Shown: positions 57,991 to 64,000 of the stretch, one piece after another | Layout: each line of letters starts with the position of its first letter | Numbering within the stretch: the first letter of the stretch is position 1 | NCBI GenBank assembly: GCA_964409855.1 | Contig: CAYPEU010000001.1 | Location: 10,006-74,005, forward strand | Origin: an uncultured Desulfocapsa sp. | GTDB taxonomy: Bacteria > Desulfobacterota > Desulfobulbia > Desulfobulbales > Desulfocapsaceae | Direction: 5' to 3' | DNA length: 64,000 bases | Made by a program: the position numbers and the translations under genes | Notes under the pieces: generated by a model | Told to the model about the DNA's origin: nothing | The model's input: the letters and a program-made list of their open reading frames with translations, nothing else | Databases searched by the model: none

Positions 57991-58962
57991 ATGCGAACAC
58001 GATTACTTTTCTTTCTCCTTTTTTGCTCTCTGTTCAGTTCCTCTTCAAGCGCAGCCCAAACCCTTTTCATCAACATCGGTACCGGCGGAATTACCGGTGT
58101 TTACTATCCCACAGGCGGAGCTATCACTAAGATCCTGAACCAGTCCCAGGAGGATTTCCAGATTAAAGCGATCGTGGAACCGACATGTGGTGCTGTTTTC
58201 AATATTAACGCCATACTTGGCGGACACCTGCTCTTTGGCCTGGCTCAATCCGACAGACAGTACCAGGCAGTACATGGCGAGGCTGACTGGGCAGAGAAAG
58301 GCCCGCAAAACAATCTTCGTTCAGTATTTTCCCTCTATCCTGAAATTGTCACCCTTGTGGCCGCAGCTGATTCCGGGATCAACACCGTTGCCGATCTGCG
58401 TGGGAAAAAAGTCAACATAGGCGATGTTGGTTCCGGGTATAGGCAAAATGCCTTGGATGCGCTTGCCTCAGCAGGGCTTGATCCCTATAACGACCTAACG
58501 ATATTTGACCGAAGGGCTGCTCAGGCAAATGTGATGTTGCAGCAGGGAGAAATCGATGCCTTCTTTTATACCGTTGGTCATCCAAACAGTGCCAGCAATG
58601 ATGCTACAAGCGGTTCGAGAAAGGTACGTTTTGTTGCAATTCCAAGCACCGACACCTTTTTTGGTGACAAACCCTACTACCAGAAGGCAATGATTCCGGT
58701 TGGATTCTATCCAGCAGCCGCCAATACAGAGGATGTGGAAAGCTTTGGGGTTAAAGCGGGGCTGGTAACCACTGCCAAGGCTTCCGAAGAAATCGTTTAC
58801 ACCGTCACCAAAAAAATCTTTGAAAACTTTGAGGATTTCAAACTGCGCCATCCAGCCTATTCCAATTTGAGCAAAAAAGAAATGATCAAAGGCATCTTCC
58901 CCCCTCTGCACCCTGGTGCATTGAAATATTATCTGGAAGTGGGTCTTCTGCCAAACAATTGA
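57991..58962 (+). CDS. TAXI-family TRAP solute-binding protein
   Basis: Signal peptide, IGTGG.TGVYYPTG, AQSD, DLRGKKVNIG, PLHPGALKYY. Confidence 0.9.
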   Translation: MRTRLLFFLLFCSLFSSSSSAAQTLFINIGTGGITGVYYPTGGAITKILNQSQEDFQIKAIVEPTCGAVFNINAILGGHLLFGLAQSDRQYQAVHGEADWAEKGPQNNLRSVFSLYPEIVTLVAAADSGINTVADLRGKKVNIGDVGSGYRQNALDALASAGLDPYNDLTIFDRRAAQANVMLQQGEIDAFFYTVGHPNSASNDATSGSRKVRFVAIPSTDTFFGDKPYYQKAMIPVGFYPAAANTEDVESFGVKAGLVTTAKASEEIVYTVTKKIFENFEDFKLRHPAYSNLSKKEMIKGIFPPLHPGALKYYLEVGLLPNN

Positions 58963-59275
58963 CGCCCACTGGCCTGCCATAAAAACTTCTTAAAAAAAAC
59001 AAACAAGCAAGAACCCTCTTACCCGGGACGCTCCTGTTTGTATTGCTTTCGTTAGCCAGCCACTCTTTTTTCTCTTCCGGTTTCCCGACAACTCGCCTGC
59101 TTATCACCTTACTGAGCACTCGTCAGCCACCACTGATTCAAGCAAAAATGAACCGTCAGTTAAGAACAGCTGTCACCAAATTAACACTATCCTTAACACC
59201 TATTCCATGTTAACATGTGTTAACTCCATGATAAACCCCTCTCAATAATTGCAAGGAAAGTAAATAGAGATCCCT

Positions 59276-60658
59276 ATGAACCAAAAAAAACAGATAAAAG
59301 ATTATTTCCGTGACAACTGGAAGGACGTTGTCGACAAAATGAAAGAAGGCCTCATGCTTGTCGATCTCAAAGGGAATATCCTTTATGTGAATAAGGCCCT
59401 GGAAGAGATGCTTCTCTTCAGTCAGGAAGAACTGCTGGGACAACCCTGTGAAATCCTTAATTGCGACAACTGCTTTGGCCAAAATCTGGTTCGGGATGGA
59501 AAACGCTGTGCCCTGTTTCGAAAGGGTGATGTGCGTGATCTTCGCTGCTCCTTTAAACAGAAAAACGGAAATCGCGTCAATGTTCTCAAAAACGCCACCG
59601 TTCTCACCGACAGCGACGGGATTGTGGTTGGAGGAGTAGAAACATTGACCGACCTCACTGCCGTGGTCAACAAAGAAAAAGTCATCAACGACCTTCGTAA
59701 ACAGTTAAACCTGGAAAATGGCTTCCACGGGCTGATCGGTAACAGCTCAGTCATGACACAGGTGTATGACCTCATAAAAAGTGCAGCCCAGTCCAATGCC
59801 CCAATTATTATATATGGTGAGAGTGGAACAGGAAAAGAATTAGTAGCCAGTGCAATCCATCAGCTGAGCCTGCGTGGTGGTGAGCCATTAATCAAGGTGA
59901 ACTGCGCAGCGCTTAACGAAAACCTTCTGGAAAGCGAGTTGTTCGGGCATACCAAAGGAGCCTTTACCGGGGCAGACCGGGACCGGACAGGACGATTTGA
60001 GGCCGCAGACGGAGGATCCATTTTCCTGGATGAAATAGGAGACCTGCCGCTGGTTACCCAGACTAAACTGTTGCGCGTTCTCCAGGAGCAAGAGATAGAA
60101 CGTGTCGGAGATCATCAACCTGTCCCCATTGATGTCCGTGTTATTTCGGCAACCAATAAAAATCTCAACAAGCTGATGGCTGAGGAGAAATTCAGAGAAG
60201 ACCTTTACTATAGGATAGGGGTTCTCCCCATCAACATTCCGCCTCTCAGACAGCGGCCAGAAGATATTCCTCTCCTGGTTGAAACCTTTATCAATCGCTC
60301 CCGCCTGAAAACTGAGAAAGACATTACCTCCATTCGCAAGGATGCACTCGACCTTCTGGTCAGCTATCACTGGCCCGGTAATATTCGTGAACTGATCAAT
60401 GTCATCGAATATGCCTTTGTCATCTGCACGGCAGGAGAAATTACCCCGAAACATCTCCCCCAGCAATTTCAACTCACCCCCCGCCCCGTCAAGGATCACC
60501 TCTCTCCTTCCACTGATCGACGGCAGCAGCTTCTCAGCGTGCTCAATGAAACCAATGGCAATAAATCTGAGGCAGCAAGACTTCTTGGTATCTCCAGGGT
60601 AACGCTCTGGAAACAGCTGAAGAAATTCAATATCACAGTGGATAAAGCCGCCCGCTGA
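59276..60658 (+). CDS. PAS-domain sigma54-dependent transcriptional regulator with Fis-type HTH
   Basis: PAS domain with Cys residues, GESGTGKE, ESELFGH, GAFTGA, FLDEIG, WPGNIREL, AARLLGISR.TL. Confidence 0.93.
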   Translation: MNQKKQIKDYFRDNWKDVVDKMKEGLMLVDLKGNILYVNKALEEMLLFSQEELLGQPCEILNCDNCFGQNLVRDGKRCALFRKGDVRDLRCSFKQKNGNRVNVLKNATVLTDSDGIVVGGVETLTDLTAVVNKEKVINDLRKQLNLENGFHGLIGNSSVMTQVYDLIKSAAQSNAPIIIYGESGTGKELVASAIHQLSLRGGEPLIKVNCAALNENLLESELFGHTKGAFTGADRDRTGRFEAADGGSIFLDEIGDLPLVTQTKLLRVLQEQEIERVGDHQPVPIDVRVISATNKNLNKLMAEEKFREDLYYRIGVLPINIPPLRQRPEDIPLLVETFINRSRLKTEKDITSIRKDALDLLVSYHWPGNIRELINVIEYAFVICTAGEITPKHLPQQFQLTPRPVKDHLSPSTDRRQQLLSVLNETNGNKSEAARLLGISRVTLWKQLKKFNITVDKAAR

Positions 60659-60892
60659 CCCCTTCTTTAGGATGTTTTGAAATACTCTCCGTCCCTGGTT
60701 TTTACTTTTTTTTTTTGGAACAGGTAAACGGTAAACGGGAGCAAGTTTCTTTTCTCTAAAATAGAAAATTTTTTCAAAAAACCACGGTTTCCTACCTTCT
60801 TTTTTTTAAAAAAAACTTATCAAAATTTTCCCGAGCGTAATGCTAACCATTCTCAACTACTTGATTTTTTCAGTATGGAAGTGAGCAACTTA

Positions 60893-60921
60893 TTGACAAC
60901 TGATCATCGGTTGACTATGTT
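60893..60921 (+). promoter_or_regulatory. Putative sigma70 promoter of the chaperone-psrAB operon
   Basis: TTGACA-N17-TATGTT. Confidence 0.55.
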
Positions 60922-61040
60922 TACACGTTTTCTATTAACAACTGTTGCTCTGGATCATCTTCGAACCAGTACAAGATAAAAATATGGAGTGAGCAATAAC
61001 TTTTCTCACCTCCTCATTATAAAAATTTGTAATTCCTACC

Positions 61041-61631
61041 ATGTCGCTTCCTGATACCTCCCAAGACATCGCTGCGGTCTATCGCTTTCTCGCTCAATGC
61101 ATGCAATATCCTGATTCCGATTGGATGAATGAAGAGTTCTTTGATGTCCTCTACAACCTTCTCGGAACCCTGGGAGGAATTGAGGAAGGTGTTGAAATCC
61201 GTAAGACCATCAACAATGCCGAAGACTATATAGAAGACCTGCAGGTAGAATACACCCGTCTCTTCATAAACGGTGTGCCCCATGTTGTCGCACCGCCCTA
61301 TGCCTCTGTCTACATGGACAAGTCACTGCAGGGAACCTTTGCCGGAAACACCCTGGCTTTTTACAGAGAAAAAGGCTTTGGCCTGCAAGAGGATGCAGAC
61401 CTCCCCGATCATATTATTCACGAACTTGAATTTCTTTCACTCCTGGCCGAGGAAAAAGATTTTGCCGGAGAAGAGGAATTCCTGACAAAACTGTTTCGTC
61501 CCTGGTATCAAAAGTTCCACACCAGGGTCACGGAAGAAGCTCACCATCCCTATTTCAGGGTGGTTGTAATGTTAATAGATTTTTTCACTAAGGAGGAAGA
61601 CGAAGATGGCTTTCAACCTAACGAGGCGTAA
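61041..61631 (+). CDS. TorD/DmsD-family molybdoenzyme maturation chaperone
   Basis: EYTRLF, PPYASVY, PDHI..ELEFL. Confidence 0.9.
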   Translation: MSLPDTSQDIAAVYRFLAQCMQYPDSDWMNEEFFDVLYNLLGTLGGIEEGVEIRKTINNAEDYIEDLQVEYTRLFINGVPHVVAPPYASVYMDKSLQGTFAGNTLAFYREKGFGLQEDADLPDHIIHELEFLSLLAEEKDFAGEEEFLTKLFRPWYQKFHTRVTEEAHHPYFRVVVMLIDFFTKEEDEDGFQPNEA

Positions 61632-63846
61632 ATTCCTTCAGACAGCATCCCTGGCAGCAGCCTCGGTTCCCCTGTCTAAGGTTGTTTCCGCAAGCACCGG
61701 CGTCACCAAGGCTCCCCTGGATGCAAAGGGTACTTTTGGCGACAAGACCGTGGTCGGCGGAATTTGCGAAATGTGTTTCTGGCGCTGCCAGCTAGTCGGC
61801 AAGGTCCGCGACGGTCGCCTGATGAAACTCGAAGGAAACCCCAAATCCATTGACAACGGTACTGCAATCTGTGCCCGTGGTAATGCCGGTGTTAAACTGC
61901 TCTACGATGTGGATCGTCTGAAATACCCGATGAAAAACGTTGGCAAGCGCGGCGCACCGAAATGGAAACGTATTTCCTGGAAAGAGGCGTTGGACGAGTG
62001 TGGATCCAAATTGAAAAGCACCGTAGACAAACATGGTGCCCAGGGTATCTGCGTATTCCCTCATGGTGCTTCTGCCAAATATCCCATGCACTATTTTGAG
62101 CGTACAGTGGGGACCCACAATGTCAGTGAGGCATCCTTTTTCCAGTGTCGTGGTATTCGTGACACTGCCTACGTTGCCTCCATCGGTAAGGCTCCAGGCG
62201 AAAAAATAGACATGCCCAACACCAAGGTTCTCTTTTTTATCGGAGACCATCTTGGTGAGAATGTCCATGTCTCCCATATCAAACAGTACGTTCAGGGACT
62301 ACAGAATGGTGCCAAGCTGATTGTAGCAGATCCTCGTTTTTCTGCCTCTGCTGCCAAGGCCGATATCTGGGTACAGATTAAGCCTGGTACCGATACCGCC
62401 TATATGCTGGCCATCATGAACTACCTGGTCAAAAATAATAAGTATGACAAGGCGTTCGTCGAAGATCACACTGAAGGCTTCGAAGAATTTGCAGCTGCCA
62501 TCTCCGAGTGGTCTCTGGAAAAAGCTGCCAAAGAGTGTGACATCCCGGCAAAACAGATCAAAGAAGTTGCAGAAATGCTTGCAGCCAACGCTCCGCATGT
62601 AGGTGTTCATCCTGGTCGTCACGTTTCCTGGCATGGAAACGACTTCCAGCGTCAGCGTGCTCTGGCCTGTCTGGCCGGTATTCTTGGCGCCTATTATGTA
62701 AAAGGAGGCTGGGTCCCTGCCAAGGGTCCAAAAGTTGGTGGTGTGAGCTGGGCCAAAGAAGATCATGGCCACAAGTATGATCTGAACTACGACCATCACG
62801 AGGATGAAAAGGTTTATCCCTTCAATCCTCCAGGAACTCCCACGGAGTTGATCCGTGACTGTGCCATTTCCGGCAAGCCCTATCCAATCAAGAGCTGTGT
62901 TGTCTGGGGCCAGAACCCCATGCAGACCATTCCTGGCCAGCAGAAGATGAAAGATCTGTTCAATGCCATGGATTTTGTCATGTGTGTAGATGTTATGCCT
63001 ACAGACGTCACCATGTGGGCTGATATCCTGCTGCCTGAGTCCAGCTATCTTGAGCGTTTCGACTACATCAAGAAAGGCACCCAGTGGGATCTTTCTAAAG
63101 AGCATCAGCAGTACATCTCTGCTCGTATGCCTCTTGTTCCCGCCATGTTTGAGCGCAAGGACCAGATCTACATCACCAACGAGATCGCCAAACGTATGGG
63201 CCATGAGTCTAAGATCCCTGTCAAGACCATCGAAGAGATGGTTGACAAGAGCCTTGCCACTGCTAACCTTTCCATCGAAAAACTGAAAGCTGAAGATGGT
63301 ATCCACATCCAGCCAGGAAAGGATCCCTACGGAATCCCTGAAGACTTTACCGTTATGCTCTTCAACGAGGATATCGAGGATGCCGGTCACCCCGGTGCTC
63401 CGACCTACAAACCAGTACCCGATGTCCCTAAGGGATATGCCAGGCTGCTGTACGGTCGCGCCCCGGTTCATACCTTCAACAGAAGTCAGAACAACGTGTG
63501 GCTGCACAATGCCATGCCTGACAACCCTGTCTGGCTCAACGATGAAGTTGCTGCCAAGCTCGGCATCATTGACGGTGACACTGTCGGTTTTGTGAATAGC
63601 GAGGGTGTTGAATCTGCCACGACTACTACGGTTAAGGTTACCCCCGGCATCAGAAAAGACTGTGTGTATATGTATCACGGTTACGGCAGTGCCAACCCCC
63701 TGATGACCCTCGGCGTTGGGGCAGGTGTTGATGATCAGAGCCTTATTACTAAACTGGCTATTGATCCTGAGACCGGCTGTAGTGGTATGAGGAACAACTT
63801 TGTTAAACTGATAAAAGATGGAAAGGTTCTGGACATTCAGGCCTGA
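61606..63846 (+). CDS. psrA: Polysulfide/thiosulfate reductase catalytic subunit (PsrA/PhsA-like molybdopterin oxidoreductase)
   Basis: Tat signal TRRKFLQ, CEMCFWRC..C Fe-S motif, Cys Mo-ligand region FFQCR, HPGRH, ADILLPE..YLER. Confidence 0.82.
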   Translation: MAFNLTRRKFLQTASLAAASVPLSKVVSASTGVTKAPLDAKGTFGDKTVVGGICEMCFWRCQLVGKVRDGRLMKLEGNPKSIDNGTAICARGNAGVKLLYDVDRLKYPMKNVGKRGAPKWKRISWKEALDECGSKLKSTVDKHGAQGICVFPHGASAKYPMHYFERTVGTHNVSEASFFQCRGIRDTAYVASIGKAPGEKIDMPNTKVLFFIGDHLGENVHVSHIKQYVQGLQNGAKLIVADPRFSASAAKADIWVQIKPGTDTAYMLAIMNYLVKNNKYDKAFVEDHTEGFEEFAAAISEWSLEKAAKECDIPAKQIKEVAEMLAANAPHVGVHPGRHVSWHGNDFQRQRALACLAGILGAYYVKGGWVPAKGPKVGGVSWAKEDHGHKYDLNYDHHEDEKVYPFNPPGTPTELIRDCAISGKPYPIKSCVVWGQNPMQTIPGQQKMKDLFNAMDFVMCVDVMPTDVTMWADILLPESSYLERFDYIKKGTQWDLSKEHQQYISARMPLVPAMFERKDQIYITNEIAKRMGHESKIPVKTIEEMVDKSLATANLSIEKLKAEDGIHIQPGKDPYGIPEDFTVMLFNEDIEDAGHPGAPTYKPVPDVPKGYARLLYGRAPVHTFNRSQNNVWLHNAMPDNPVWLNDEVAAKLGIIDGDTVGFVNSEGVESATTTTVKVTPGIRKDCVYMYHGYGSANPLMTLGVGAGVDDQSLITKLAIDPETGCSGMRNNFVKLIKDGKVLDIQA

Positions 63847-63882
63847 TCCCATCTTTAAGCCCTTTTCAGGAGGATATATTCA

Positions 63883-64000
63883 ATGCAATATGGAATGATC
63901 ATAGATCTGGAGCGCTGTGTCGGCTGTCATGCCTGCACCATTGCCTGCCGGGCAGAGTGGGAGGTCCCTGTGCCTTACCAGCGTAACTGGGTCAAACGTC
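63883..64000 (+). CDS. psrB: 4Fe-4S electron-transfer subunit (PsrB/PhsB/NrfC-like), 3'-partial
   Basis: Manual translation [35 protein letters not shown]. Confidence 0.85.
   Translation, partial: MQYGMIIDLERCVGCHACTIACRAEWEVPVPYQRNWVKR

Noticed and set aside
59041-59130. Minus-strand TGGC..GC motifs as sigma54 promoters
   Set aside because: Spacing is GG-N9-GC instead of the required N10.
62299-63852. 517-aa antisense ORF over psrA
   Set aside because: Shadow of a strongly codon-biased gene. No recognisable motifs.
1-64000. CRISPR arrays, tRNA/rRNA, IS elements, integrases, inteins, Sec/Pyl read-through
   Set aside because: None recognised by eye. Intergenic gaps are short, and apart from the cold-shock gene the proteins look full length. 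A covariance-model scan would be needed to exclude small RNAs.

Overview
This is a gene-dense core-chromosome segment from a Desulfobacterota bacterium. Gene content suggests Desulfobulbales/Desulfocapsa-like, which is an inference. About 56 CDS are present, mostly housekeeping: miaB (partial), parC/parE-type topoisomerase, thiD, cutA, coaX, gmhB-waaF, tsaE, leuCD, ssb, rng, lptF, nnr, rplU-rpmA-obg-proB-proA-nadD, rpsF-rpsR-rplI-dnaB, leuS-lptE, tkt and dusB. The window ends in a TorD chaperone-psrA/phsA-psrB (partial) molybdoenzyme operon. I found no rRNA, tRNA, CRISPR array, transposase or prophage. The best leads are: (1) a 68-aa protein with a Not4-like C4C4 RING pattern coupled to cutA; (2) a stand-alone YcaO-TPR heading an LPS-heptose operon with no precursor peptide; (3) a Roadblock/LC7 pair without a GTPase, behind a long leader; (4) an EndoQ-UvrD fusion; (5) a catalytically degenerate CheB with a Zn-ribbon; (6) a tandem-AP2 protein; (7) a 55-aa CxxC ORF missing from the ORF track; (8) heptamer-periodic palindromic elements; (9) a candidate sRNA or attenuator before a DnaJ-class gene; (10) a 1-nt frameshift in the cold-shock gene. 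All calls come from motif recognition by eye. No searches were run.
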